From Nitrospinota bacterium (lineage in GTDB: Bacteria > UBA8248): a stretch of 29,813 nucleotides of DNA. Below, piece by piece: positions 1 to 8,587 of the stretch. Every line of letters begins with the position of its first letter. The stretch's first letter is position 1. Position numbers and translations under genes: made by a program. Below the pieces are notes generated by a model. The model saw only the letters and a program-made list of their open reading frames with translations. It was not told the origin of the DNA and did not search any database. The stretch covers positions 1 to 29,813 of the forward strand of contig JAYGFR010000071.1 in the NCBI GenBank assembly GCA_046581755.1. Direction: 5' to 3'.

Positions 1-95
1 TCGATCACAGGCCGTGCAAACATTCGGCCGCGGATGTGTGAATCGCATTCCGCAAGCGGGGCAATCGACCGTTTCCATAAAAAACGCCTCCATCG

Positions 96-381
96 CGCCA
101 CTGGCCGTACTTTTCCGGCGTGGAAATCGAACGGGTCCACATCCACCTGAAACGCCAGGCCCTCTGCCAGCAGAATACCACTTTCATTCACTCCACAACC
201 CACACCGATGCCCCGCGGCCCGCGTCATCGAGGGTGCACCCTTTATGGTCGTGGCTCCGCTAACGAGCAATTTCGGGCGCGTCGCTGGCAAGCGCTTCAC
301 TGTGGCGGCCTTCCCCTGGCGCTGGGAGGGGTGCTGACGGGTGCATCGTCCTTCCTAGTGGCTTCCCACAGGCTGGAATAG
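96..381 (+). pseudogene. Degraded cyclase-family (kynurenine formamidase-like metal-dependent hydrolase) gene remnant
   Basis: The frame with codons starting at 102 reads WPYFSGVEIERVHIHLKRQALCQQNTTFIHSTTHTDAP, with the HxxTHxDAP cyclase motif at 189-215. A frameshift then gives ARVIEGAPFMVVAPLTSNFG|RVAGKRFTVAAFPWRWE, another gives GADGCIV (330-350) and another gives LVA. There is no usable start codon, and the central part of the protein is missing. Confidence 0.75.
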
Positions 382-620
382 CCGGAAAACGCAGGATACG
401 GCGCCGCAAGCTGAAAAAGGTCCCCGCAAACTCCCGAAAACTCCAAACCGGATCCCCCCCCCCGGGCGTAACTCGCCCCCTGGCACCTGGGGACCCTTCC
501 GCCAGCGAGATAATCATAGGGCCGTTTAAAGGATTGGCTGCTACAGGAAATTCGCAGTAGTCCGGGTTTCGGACGCCAAGCGGGGCCGGCCCGGAGAGGC
601 CGTCTGCATAGACTTACCGG

Positions 621-986
621 CTAGTCCGATGTCTTGGCCTTGGCCTTTTGGGATTCGCTCTTTTTCTTTTCGCCGCCGGATTTGGATTCGCTCTTGGTCT
701 CTTTCGCGGCCGCGTTCGATGAATCGCCCGAGGAACCGCTTTGGGATTCGTTCTTCGAATCGCTCTTGGATTCCTGTTCCCCTTGCTTGGAATCCTTTTT
801 CCCGTTTTTACCGTAATCCGTCACATACCAGCCTTCTCCCTTCAGATGGAACGCCGAACGGGAGATTTTCCGGCGCAGTTTCAGTCGGCCACATGCCGGG
901 CACTTTCGGAGCGGCCCATCCGACATGCCATGGATGACCTCGTGTTCCTCGCCGCATGAACCGCATTCATACTCGTAAATCGGCAC
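621..986 (-). CDS. FmdB-family zinc-ribbon protein with a low-complexity Ser/Lys/Glu tail
   Basis: GTG start at 986 preceded by an AGGGGAG RBS. The sequence MPIYEYECGSCG...CPACG...SAFHLKGEGWYVTDY is the FmdB CxxC...CxxC signature. The ORF-track start at 1124 overlaps ilvE and is rejected. Confidence 0.9.
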   Translation of the reverse strand: MPIYEYECGSCGEEHEVIHGMSDGPLRKCPACGRLKLRRKISRSAFHLKGEGWYVTDYGKNGKKDSKQGEQESKSDSKNESQSGSSGDSSNAAAKETKSESKSGGEKKKSESQKAKAKTSD

Positions 987-1017
987 AACCAAACTCCCCT
1001 TATTGCAAATCAAAAGG

Positions 1018-1932
1018 TTAAACGGTGGTAAGCCAACCGAGATGGCCTTCATCCCTTCCATTGACCACCGCGAAAAAAGCGTCTTGAAGACGTTTCGTAA
1101 TCGGCCCTGGCTTGCCGTCTCCAATCATTCGGTTATCCACTTCCCGAATCGGGGTGAGTTCCGCCGCCGTTCCCGTGAAAAAAGCCTCATCGGCAACATA
1201 CACCTCATCCCGGGCAAACGCCTCCATCTCAATTTCAAGACCCTGCTCCCGGGCAAGATATATAACCGTCTCGCGCGTGATGCCCCTCAATATTCCCTGA
1301 AGGGGCGGAGTCTTCAAAACGCCGTCCCGCACGAGAAAAATATTTTCTCCAGACCCCTGGGTAACGAAGCCCTCGGGATCGAGCATGAGCGCTTCGTCGA
1401 AACCGCTTTGAACCGCCTCCATCTTGGCCAACTGGCTCACAGCGTAGTTTCCAGTCGTTTTCGCCCCGGTCATGTAGCTGTTGGGATGATGGCTCGTGAA
1501 AGAGGACACCTTGACCCGAATTCCCTTGGACAGGCCCTCTTCCCCCAAATAGGCTCCCCATTTCCATACGGCAATCATCGTCCTCACGGGGGCGCCGGCG
1601 GGATTCACGCCCATCGATCCGTACCCGAGCCACACCAGGGGGCGTATATAGCACGCATCGACCTTGTTGGCGCGGATGGTCTCGAGGACGGCTTTTGTAA
1701 GAACTTTCTGATCAAAGGGAATATCGAGGCCGACGATGTGGGCCGAGTCGCAAAGACGCTTCATGTGCTCATCGAGGCGGAAAACGGCGGGACCACGGTT
1801 GGTCTTGTAGCAGCGAATGCCTTCGAAAACACCTAGTCCGTAGTGCAAGCTGTGGGTGAGAACGTGAATTTTCGCCTCATCCCACGGCAAAAATTCTCCA
1901 TCCATCCATATTTTTTCTGTAGCGCCTTCCAA
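1018..1932 (-). CDS. ilvE: Branched-chain amino acid aminotransferase (PLP fold IV)
   Basis: IWMDGE, HSLHYGLGVFEGIR, YIRP, AKTTGNY (PLP lysine), GSGENIF, LRGITR, EAFFTGTAAE. TTG start. Confidence 0.95.
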   Translation of the reverse strand: MEGATEKIWMDGEFLPWDEAKIHVLTHSLHYGLGVFEGIRCYKTNRGPAVFRLDEHMKRLCDSAHIVGLDIPFDQKVLTKAVLETIRANKVDACYIRPLVWLGYGSMGVNPAGAPVRTMIAVWKWGAYLGEEGLSKGIRVKVSSFTSHHPNSYMTGAKTTGNYAVSQLAKMEAVQSGFDEALMLDPEGFVTQGSGENIFLVRDGVLKTPPLQGILRGITRETVIYLAREQGLEIEMEAFARDEVYVADEAFFTGTAAELTPIREVDNRMIGDGKPGPITKRLQDAFFAVVNGRDEGHLGWLTTV

Positions 1933-1986
1933 AATTCCAAGCCCCTATTTCATAAGTATTCGAACTGATTTTTGCCCAACCGGGAG

Positions 1987-2015
1987 AGTATAAATACCTG
2001 AATCCGCCTGGGCAA
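1987..2015 (-). promoter_or_regulatory. Putative sigma70 promoter for ilvE
   Basis: The minus strand reads TTGCCC (2015-2010), a 17-nt spacer, then TATACT (1992-1987), in the intergenic region upstream of ilvE. Confidence 0.55.
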
Positions 2016-2022
2016 CCGCCTC

Positions 2023-3048
2023 CTAGCTTCTCTCTCCGGAGGAAACCGTCCCGTCCAAAGCGGCGATATTTTCATACACTTCCGGGTTTCGCAACATGAC
2101 CGGATTCGGGCGCTCCCCCTTGAGCACCCGGTTGATGCTGTCAGAAACCATCCGGAAGACCCTCTCGTGCGCCAAATGGGTGGAACCGGCCAGATGGGGG
2201 GTGACGACAGCGTTGGGCAGGGAGAACAGCGGGTGGTCCTTCTCGGGAGGCTCTCCTTCGAATACATCGATCCCGGCGGCGGCGATAACGTTCTCGCGCA
2301 GGGCCCCGACAAGAGCCTTTTCGTCAATAACCGGCCCCCGGGAGCAATTGACGATCACCGCTTGGCTTTTCATCATTTGGAACCGGTCGGCGCCGAATAG
2401 GTGCCGGGTTTCGTGCGTCAGGCTGCAATGCAAGGAAATGACGTCCGATTCCCGCGTCAGGGTGTCGAGATCTACAGGTTCCGCCCCCCGTGCCCGGATC
2501 TCATCGGGGGGAACATAGGGATCGAAGGCCAGAATTCGTCCATCGAATCCCCGCAGCAAACGGGCAAGCTCTCGCCCCACGTTTCCGATACCCACGATGC
2601 CGAAGGTCGCGCCCGAAAGTTCGATGGCATCTACGAGAACTTCCCGCCATGCGCCTCCCTGCAATGTTTTCATATAGCTTGGAATGCGCCGCACCGAGGC
2701 CAGTATAAGCCCTAGGGCCGCCTCCGCCACGGCGATGGCGTTCGAGCCCGGGCAGTTTGTCACCGGCAAACCAGCCCGGGTCGCGGCAGGGATATCGATG
2801 TTCTCCACGCCAACGCCAAACTTAGCGACAATTTTCAGACGCGTTCCGGCCTGAATCACGCGCTCAGTCACCTGCTCACGCGATGTCACCAAAATCGCGT
2901 CCCACTCCGGAATTCCCCGGGTCAGGTCATCTTCCGTCCACTTCTCCGGGCCGCCCACGCGGACTTCGCCGTGAGGTTCGAGGAGCTCTCTCAAAAGCGA
3001 CATGGGTTTTCGCGGTTCGGGAACGAAAATTACGGGCCGATTGCTCAA
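2023..3048 (-). CDS. D-isomer-specific 2-hydroxyacid dehydrogenase (phosphoglycerate/glycerate dehydrogenase-like)
   Basis: GVGVENID, PGSNAIAVAE, Rossmann GIVGIGNVG, NCSRG, DVFEGEP, TPHLAG (catalytic R/E/H). It has no ACT domain. Confidence 0.9.
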   Translation of the reverse strand: MSNRPVIFVPEPRKPMSLLRELLEPHGEVRVGGPEKWTEDDLTRGIPEWDAILVTSREQVTERVIQAGTRLKIVAKFGVGVENIDIPAATRAGLPVTNCPGSNAIAVAEAALGLILASVRRIPSYMKTLQGGAWREVLVDAIELSGATFGIVGIGNVGRELARLLRGFDGRILAFDPYVPPDEIRARGAEPVDLDTLTRESDVISLHCSLTHETRHLFGADRFQMMKSQAVIVNCSRGPVIDEKALVGALRENVIAAAGIDVFEGEPPEKDHPLFSLPNAVVTPHLAGSTHLAHERVFRMVSDSINRVLKGERPNPVMLRNPEVYENIAALDGTVSSGERS

Positions 3049-3099
3049 AACGCTAGTCTCCCTCTAAATGCGCCGTCCAGCGGAGAAAAAATATCCAGG

Positions 3100-3897
3100 C
3101 TAGGTGCCGACCACCAATGTGGCCGAAATTTGGCGAAGATAATTGATATTCGAAAGGTAGGTGAGAATTCCCGTCCTGTGATTTTCGGAAGGTACGTTTT
3201 CGATCCTGATGAAAGAGCGGCCAAACTCTCCCACCACCTCCACTTCGTGAATGTTCCGGTCCACCGTGGGGTCGCACATGATACGCATCCGGGTGCGGTG
3301 CGGGCCGATGCCGGCCAAACTGACCGCAGCGGAAACGTTGACGTTCGCAGGAAATCCTTTGCATGCCTCAAGGGGCGTTCCCTCGAATATCACCGTGGGC
3401 TCACGAATCGAATCCAGATCGATCCTGTTCTCCTCGATGTAGGGCGCTCCCTTCAGACTTTTCGGAGGCTTTCGCGTGGTCATCGTCACCGACTCAATCT
3501 TCCCTGTCGCAGCGCCCTTTAGGCCGTCCAAACCGATAATCGCGCCGGAGGGAACGTGAATTCGCGCATTATGCTTCTTCCCCAACTCGATCAGGTCGGG
3601 ACGCTCCAAAAGGGCGCCCACTGAATTGATGATGACATCCTTTCCGCGAGACAAAGACTCGCGGCAAATGGCCTCCACGGATGGGCCTCCCGAGGCCTCC
3701 AGTACGATGTCGGACGCTTCGGCCACCTCCGGCAATTCCCTCATGGGCGGCTTGCGCCGTAAGGATGCTAAAAACTCCTCGGCATTCGAGGGGGTCCGCG
3801 TCATCACCGCCGAGACCGAATAGGGCACCTCGCCTTCGTCCGCCGCTCTGACCACGGCCCTGCCAATTACTCCCAATCCAATCACGCCCAGATTCAT
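3100..3897 (-). CDS. nadX: L-aspartate dehydrogenase (NadX) family protein
   Basis: ATG at 3897 with a GGAGAGG RBS. Motifs GVIGLGVIG, SVGAL, VPSGAIIGLDG, TRKPP, FPANVNVSAAVSLAG, NIHEV. Confidence 0.85.
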   Translation of the reverse strand: MNLGVIGLGVIGRAVVRAADEGEVPYSVSAVMTRTPSNAEEFLASLRRKPPMRELPEVAEASDIVLEASGGPSVEAICRESLSRGKDVIINSVGALLERPDLIELGKKHNARIHVPSGAIIGLDGLKGAATGKIESVTMTTRKPPKSLKGAPYIEENRIDLDSIREPTVIFEGTPLEACKGFPANVNVSAAVSLAGIGPHRTRMRIMCDPTVDRNIHEVEVVGEFGRSFIRIENVPSENHRTGILTYLSNINYLRQISATLVVGT

Positions 3898-4145
3898 GGC
3901 ACCCTCTCCAGATTGAAAACCGGGAACATCTACCCGAAAGCGCATAAACCCCAGGCAGCCAGGTAATCCCCGCGGCAGGAAACGCGGTGAAGCTGATTTT
4001 GCACCATTTTGGTAGGATACACGGTTTCCCTCGATATTTCGCCCTCATAATTTCCCTAAATCTGCTACAGTGGCTTATTTAGTGGGAGAGTTGCGCAAAA
4101 TTCCGGGAACCAAATTTTCTTTTTAATCATTTCCAGAGGGATAAT

Positions 4146-4829
4146 ATGGTTTTTGAAGGCATACTTGCTCAGATTCCATTATTTTCCCATTTCGGCGATG
4201 AAGAGTTGACCGAGTTGACGTCGAAACTCCATCGCCGCCGGTTTGAAAAAGACCAGATCCTATTTCATAAAAACGACCCCGGCTCTACCCTCTACATCAT
4301 TATTTCGGGAAAAGTGAAAATCGTTCTGCCCTCGGCCGAGGGAGATAACGTTATCGTCGCCCTCCTCTCCACGGGTGATTTTTTCGGGGAACTCTCCCTT
4401 TTCGACGGCGAGCCGCGATCAGCCACTACCATCGCGGTTGATTCCACGGAAATTCTCACCCTGGCCCAAGAAGATTTCTTCAGGTATCTTTCCCTGAACC
4501 CACGTGCCTCGAAGGAAATTCTCGGCGAGTTGAGCCGCCGCCTCCGCCGCACGGACGAACTTCTCAGTGACGCGGCCTTTTGCAATTTATCCACGCGCTT
4601 GTCCAAACGGATTCTCGAACTGGCGGACCGCTACGGCCAGCCCGACGAGGAAGGAAAAACCCGAATCAACATGAAACTCCGGCAGCAAGATCTGGCCGAC
4701 ATGGTGGGCGCCACGCGCGAGAGCGTTAACAAAATGTTAAAGACCTACAAGCAGAAAAGCCTGATTCGAGTGCAACGAGGGTTTATCACCATCATGGATA
4801 AAGAGGGCTTGCTCCTTCGAGCCCGCTGA
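4146..4829 (+). CDS. Crp/Fnr-family transcriptional regulator with a cNMP-binding domain
   Basis: FFGELSLFDGEPRSAT cyclic-nucleotide pocket and QQDLADMVGATRESVNK HTH. It lacks the N-terminal FNR cysteine cluster. Confidence 0.93.
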   Translation: MVFEGILAQIPLFSHFGDEELTELTSKLHRRRFEKDQILFHKNDPGSTLYIIISGKVKIVLPSAEGDNVIVALLSTGDFFGELSLFDGEPRSATTIAVDSTEILTLAQEDFFRYLSLNPRASKEILGELSRRLRRTDELLSDAAFCNLSTRLSKRILELADRYGQPDEEGKTRINMKLRQQDLADMVGATRESVNKMLKTYKQKSLIRVQRGFITIMDKEGLLLRAR

Positions 4830-4868
4830 TTATTCCCTGTCCCGGCAACTGCCCGGCGCCCTCTCGGC

Positions 4869-5951
4869 CTAATCCTTCAAATCTGCACGGCTCCCCAGCC
4901 CGCGAAGCCAATGATCCACCAAAACCAGCGCCACCATCGCCTCTCCGATCGGAACGGCCCGCGTCGCCACGCACGGATCGTGCCGGCCTTCCACGAGAAC
5001 CATCGTTTTCTCGCCGGAGACGTTCACGGTATCCTGCTCTTTGGGGATAGACGATGTGGGCTTGACCACGAATGTCAGGACTATCGGAGCTCCTGTCGAA
5101 ATTCCACCCAGGATTCCGCCGGCATTATTCGTCCGGGGAACGATTTTTCCATCAACGAGATCGAAGGCATCGTTGTGCTCGGAACCCTTCATCGTGGCGG
5201 CCCTGAAGCCCGCCCCAATCTCCACGCCTTTTACCGCGTTGATTCCCATGATGGCGGCGGCCAGTTCAGCGTCCAGCCGGCCGTAGATCGGCTCCCCCAG
5301 CCCCGGCGGGGCGCCGACCGCGATGATGGAGATGATTCCGCCAAGCGAGTCCCCCTCCTTGCGCGCCTCGAGGATGGCGTTCTCCATTTTCTTGGCCGTT
5401 TCCGCATCTGGACAGCGGCAGCTATTGCGCTCGATTTCATCGAGGTCGAAATTTTCCCCGTCCCAGGCGATATCGGCCACCTGGCTGACGAAACCCTGAA
5501 TGTTCACCCCTCGGTCCGAAAGAAATTTCCTCGCAACGGCTCCCGCCGCCACTCGCGACGCCGTCTCCCGCGCACTCGCCCTTCCCCCGCCGCGGTGGTC
5601 GCGCCGGCCCCATTTGGCCCAATAGGTAAAATCCGCGTGCCCGGGCCGAAACACATTCCGCAAATTATCGTATTTCGAGGAATCCGCATCCTTATTGCGA
5701 ATGAGAATCGATATCGGCGCTCCGGTCGTATAGCCTTCAAACACTCCGGAGAGAATCTCGGCGCAATCTGTCTCGCCGCGCTGGGTGGTGATTTTGCTCT
5801 GGCCCGGCCGCCGGCGGTCGAGGTCGCGCTGAAGGTCCGCCTCCTCCAGGGGAATGCCGGCGGGACAACCATCCACCACGACCCCGATGGCGGGTCCGTG
5901 GGACTCGCCCCAGGTCGTAAACCGGAATTTTTGCCCAAATGTATTCGACAC
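4869..5951 (-). CDS. aroC: Chorismate synthase
   Basis: [54 protein letters not shown]. Confidence 0.97.
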   Translation of the reverse strand: MSNTFGQKFRFTTWGESHGPAIGVVVDGCPAGIPLEEADLQRDLDRRRPGQSKITTQRGETDCAEILSGVFEGYTTGAPISILIRNKDADSSKYDNLRNVFRPGHADFTYWAKWGRRDHRGGGRASARETASRVAAGAVARKFLSDRGVNIQGFVSQVADIAWDGENFDLDEIERNSCRCPDAETAKKMENAILEARKEGDSLGGIISIIAVGAPPGLGEPIYGRLDAELAAAIMGINAVKGVEIGAGFRAATMKGSEHNDAFDLVDGKIVPRTNNAGGILGGISTGAPIVLTFVVKPTSSIPKEQDTVNVSGEKTMVLVEGRHDPCVATRAVPIGEAMVALVLVDHWLRGLGSRADLKD

Positions 5952-5972
5952 GGAAAAATTCTCTCCTCAAGG

Positions 5973-6515
5973 CTATTGCCGGGATTTTATCCATTCCAGA
6001 ACGCGGGTGGCGGCTGCCTCCGCTCCCTTGGCGGGGGATTCCCCATCCGGATTGTCGATTATCAAATCGGCCATTTCCTCATACCGGGGAAGCCGCTCAC
6101 CCAGCATCCGGCGCAACGCCGCCTCCGGGTTCGGTTCTCCATCCAGATAGGCTGGCCAATCGCCCGCCTCGATCCTGCGGACCAATTCATCCCCGGGCAC
6201 CCGGATATATATCACATAACTTTCCCGGACCAGGTCCGGGGCGGATGGGCCGAGCGCCGCGCCGCCGCCCAGGGAGAGGATCAGCCGGTGCTCTTTCACC
6301 GCCTCGGCCAGAAGGCGCCGCTCCATCTCCCGGAAACGATCCGCCCCCAGCCGCCGGTAGGCACCCCGGACATCCAGGGTTTCACCCGCTTCCTGCGCAA
6401 CCGCCTCCATCAGGCGGCGGTCGAGGTCATCGAATGAAAACCCGACCCGCTCCGCCAGCAGCGGGCCAATGGTCGACTTTCCCGCGCTCTTGAAGCCGAT
6501 GATGACGACATTCAT
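5973..6515 (-). CDS. aroK: Shikimate kinase
   Basis: P-loop GFKSAGKSTIG, DLD, FREME, SLGGG, ERLPRY. Adjacent to aroC; ATGA overlap with the miaA stop. Confidence 0.88.
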   Translation of the reverse strand: MNVVIIGFKSAGKSTIGPLLAERVGFSFDDLDRRLMEAVAQEAGETLDVRGAYRRLGADRFREMERRLLAEAVKEHRLILSLGGGAALGPSAPDLVRESYVIYIRVPGDELVRRIEAGDWPAYLDGEPNPEAALRRMLGERLPRYEEMADLIIDNPDGESPAKGAEAAATRVLEWIKSRQ

Positions 6516-7525
6516 CCGGCCCCGCTCTCTTTATCGCTCTGCACCGCCAGGGTTGGGGGGGAGTGATAATAGGCACGCATCGCCTCACCCGCGGTTTCCA
6601 GCAGGGAACTCCATTCGGCTTCGGCCGGTTCGAGCCAGAAAACATCGTCAATCTTCCCGAACCATGTCCGCTGGCGCTTGGCGTAATGGCGGTGAAGCCT
6701 GCAAATGCGCTCGACGCATTCTTCCAGACCAATTTCTCCCCGGTGAAGCGCCAGAGCATCTCCATAGCCAAGTCCTTCGAACGATCGCGCTTCAGTGAGA
6801 TTCGCCGTGGAAAGCCAGGAGGCCTCTTCCCCCATCCCCCTCGCCAGCATTTTGCGAACCCGTTCCTCGATACGCCCGGCGTGGATTTCCGGAGGCCATT
6901 CTATTCCGAGGTAAAACGTGCGGGTGAAACCCACCGGGCTCGCCTCGGCGCGCAACTCCGAAATCGGCCGCCCGGTCGCTTCGAACACCTCCAGCGCCCG
7001 AATCAACCGCTTTCGATCATTTGGATGCACTTTCGACGCCGCCGCCGGGTCGCAATCCGATAGGCGGCGGTGAAGCGCTCCGTTTCCCTCTCGATCCGCC
7101 CATTTTTCGAGCCAGCTCCTGAAATCAAAGTCCGCGCCCGGGCCTTCGAAGAGTCCCTCGATCAAGGCACGAATGTATAGCCCGCTCCCCCCGACGACCA
7201 GGGGAAATGCCCCCCGCCCGTATATTTCCTCCACGCACCGGCGCGCCTCTTCGGCGTACAGGACGGCATTAAAAGTCTCATCCGGCTCAGCCACGTCAAG
7301 CATATGATAAGGGACGGATTCCTGCTCCCTTAAAGTGGGTTTGGCCGTTCCGATAGAGAGAGACCGGTAAATCTGCCGTGCATCCGCTCCGACTATTTCG
7401 ATGGAGACGTCCCGCTCCCTCAACCACCCGGTGAGGTCCACCGCCATCGATGTTTTCCCCGAGCCCGTTGCACCAACCAGTACAGCGATCGGCCGCGAAT
7501 CCCCGGTCCCGTTACGGCCATACAT
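6512..7525 (-). CDS. miaA: tRNA dimethylallyltransferase
   Basis: GATGSGKT, ADARQIY, IGTAKP, VGGSGLY, HPNDRKRLIRALEV, YAKRQRTWF. Start placed at ATG 7525 after a GAGGTGG RBS. Confidence 0.95.
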   Translation of the reverse strand: MYGRNGTGDSRPIAVLVGATGSGKTSMAVDLTGWLRERDVSIEIVGADARQIYRSLSIGTAKPTLREQESVPYHMLDVAEPDETFNAVLYAEEARRCVEEIYGRGAFPLVVGGSGLYIRALIEGLFEGPGADFDFRSWLEKWADREGNGALHRRLSDCDPAAASKVHPNDRKRLIRALEVFEATGRPISELRAEASPVGFTRTFYLGIEWPPEIHAGRIEERVRKMLARGMGEEASWLSTANLTEARSFEGLGYGDALALHRGEIGLEECVERICRLHRHYAKRQRTWFGKIDDVFWLEPAEAEWSSLLETAGEAMRAYYHSPPTLAVQSDKESGAG

Positions 7526-8087
7526 TTTCCACCTCATTGGCGAATGTTTGAAAATCGCGATCATCGAACAATACATACTCGATTTTTTCAAGATGCCCGG
7601 AAGCGGACACTAAGAATTCAGCGGCCACACCGCTCATCCGCCGTGCGGATTCAGCCACCGGCAGGCCGCCGACACCGTTCCCGATGGCCGGAAATGCGAT
7701 ACTGCCAATCCCCAAATCTTCGGCACACCGGAGACTGGCCCATGTGCAGGCGGCAACGATTTCTCCGGAGGTTTGAAGGTCCTGCCCCATCCCCGCCGCA
7801 TGAATCACATAGCGGGCTTTCAAGGAACCCCCGCTCGTCGCCACCGCTTCTCCCACGCCAATCGGTCCTTTCGCCATGGCTTCTTGCTCGATGGCCGGAC
7901 CCCCCTTCCGCTGCATGGCGCCTGCCACGCCAGCGCCCATCCACAGATGATTGTTCGCCGCGTTGACGATAGCGTCAGCGGTATTTTCCGTAATATCGCC
8001 TTGGGAAATGATCAGGAGCCCCCGGCCAATCCGAATTTTGCACATGGGGACGATTTCCAAGGAGGGACGAGATGCATCTCGGCTCAC
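7512..8087 (-). CDS. Macro domain protein (YmdB/MacroD-like ADP-ribose hydrolase)
   Basis: GDIT, DAIVNAAN, GAGVAGA, VIHAAG, SIAFPAIGNG. The start is uncertain (GTG 8087 or ATG 8045). Confidence 0.88.
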   Translation of the reverse strand: MSRDASRPSLEIVPMCKIRIGRGLLIISQGDITENTADAIVNAANNHLWMGAGVAGAMQRKGGPAIEQEAMAKGPIGVGEAVATSGGSLKARYVIHAAGMGQDLQTSGEIVAACTWASLRCAEDLGIGSIAFPAIGNGVGGLPVAESARRMSGVAAEFLVSASGHLEKIEYVLFDDRDFQTFANEVENVWP

Positions 8088-8109
8088 ATCCCCTGACGTT
8101 CAGGAGGCG

Positions 8110-8502
8110 TTAATACTGGTTCTCTTCGGAGGAACCGCTAAAAACCTCAGAAACAGGCTGGGTTGAGCCAGGACTCTCACCCGGAGCCTCGTCGGAAGGA
8201 TACGTGCCGGTGCCAACCGCGGGTTCGTTGTTATCGACCATCTCGCGTAACTCTTTACCCGCCTTGAAGAAAGGAACTTTTTTCGGAGGGACTTGAACCG
8301 TTGCGCCGGTTCGCGGGTTCCGGCCGTCCCGGCTATCGCGCAATCGAACCCGAAAACTGCCGAACCCCCGCAACTCGACCTTTTCCCCACTGGCCAAAGC
8401 CGAAATTATGCTCCCGAAAACGATGTTCACCACTCGCTCGGTGTCATTTTTTGTCAGGTTGATTTTCGACGAAACCTTTTCAACCAACTCGGCCTTGGTC
8501 AT
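8110..8502 (-). CDS. ihfB: Integration host factor beta / HU-family DNA-binding protein with an acidic C-terminal extension
   Basis: MTKAELV...VELRGFGSF...GRNPRTG...VPFFKAGKELRE. AAGGAGG RBS before ATG 8502. The rpsA-sppA-ihfB order supports the beta subunit. Confidence 0.85.
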   Translation of the reverse strand: MTKAELVEKVSSKINLTKNDTERVVNIVFGSIISALASGEKVELRGFGSFRVRLRDSRDGRNPRTGATVQVPPKKVPFFKAGKELREMVDNNEPAVGTGTYPSDEAPGESPGSTQPVSEVFSGSSEENQY

Positions 8503-8587
8503 CGGAACGAAACCTCCTTCACAATAATCAAGAGTCGCCAAATCGCCTTGCGGCTACCTCCTTAAACGGGCAGCGACATAAAAGGGA

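Noticed and set aside
14..337. 107-aa ORF as a real protein
   Set aside because: Only its last ~40 codons are in the ancestral cyclase frame; the rest is out-of-frame pseudogene sequence.
1972..2015. TTGCCCA...TGGGCAA inverted repeat around the ilvE promoter as an operator or terminator
   Set aside because: Only 7 bp with a 30-nt spacer and no U-tract, which is compatible with chance. No leader peptide was found upstream of ilvE.
3898..4145. CRP/FNR box in the divergent nadX-crp intergenic region
   Set aside because: Only half-site-like GGTGA and short palindromes (TTGCGCAA) are present; there is no properly spaced inverted pair.
4911..6437. 508-aa plus-strand ORF antisense to aroC/aroK
   Set aside because: It is a shadow frame of GC-rich genes with no recognisable motifs, lying wholly opposite two well-supported CDSs.
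8503..8587. Second AAGGAGG upstream of ihfB suggesting a hidden small ORF or IHF site
   Set aside because: It is followed directly by TAG with no suitably spaced start, and the ATCAA there lacks the downstream TTR of the IHF consensus.
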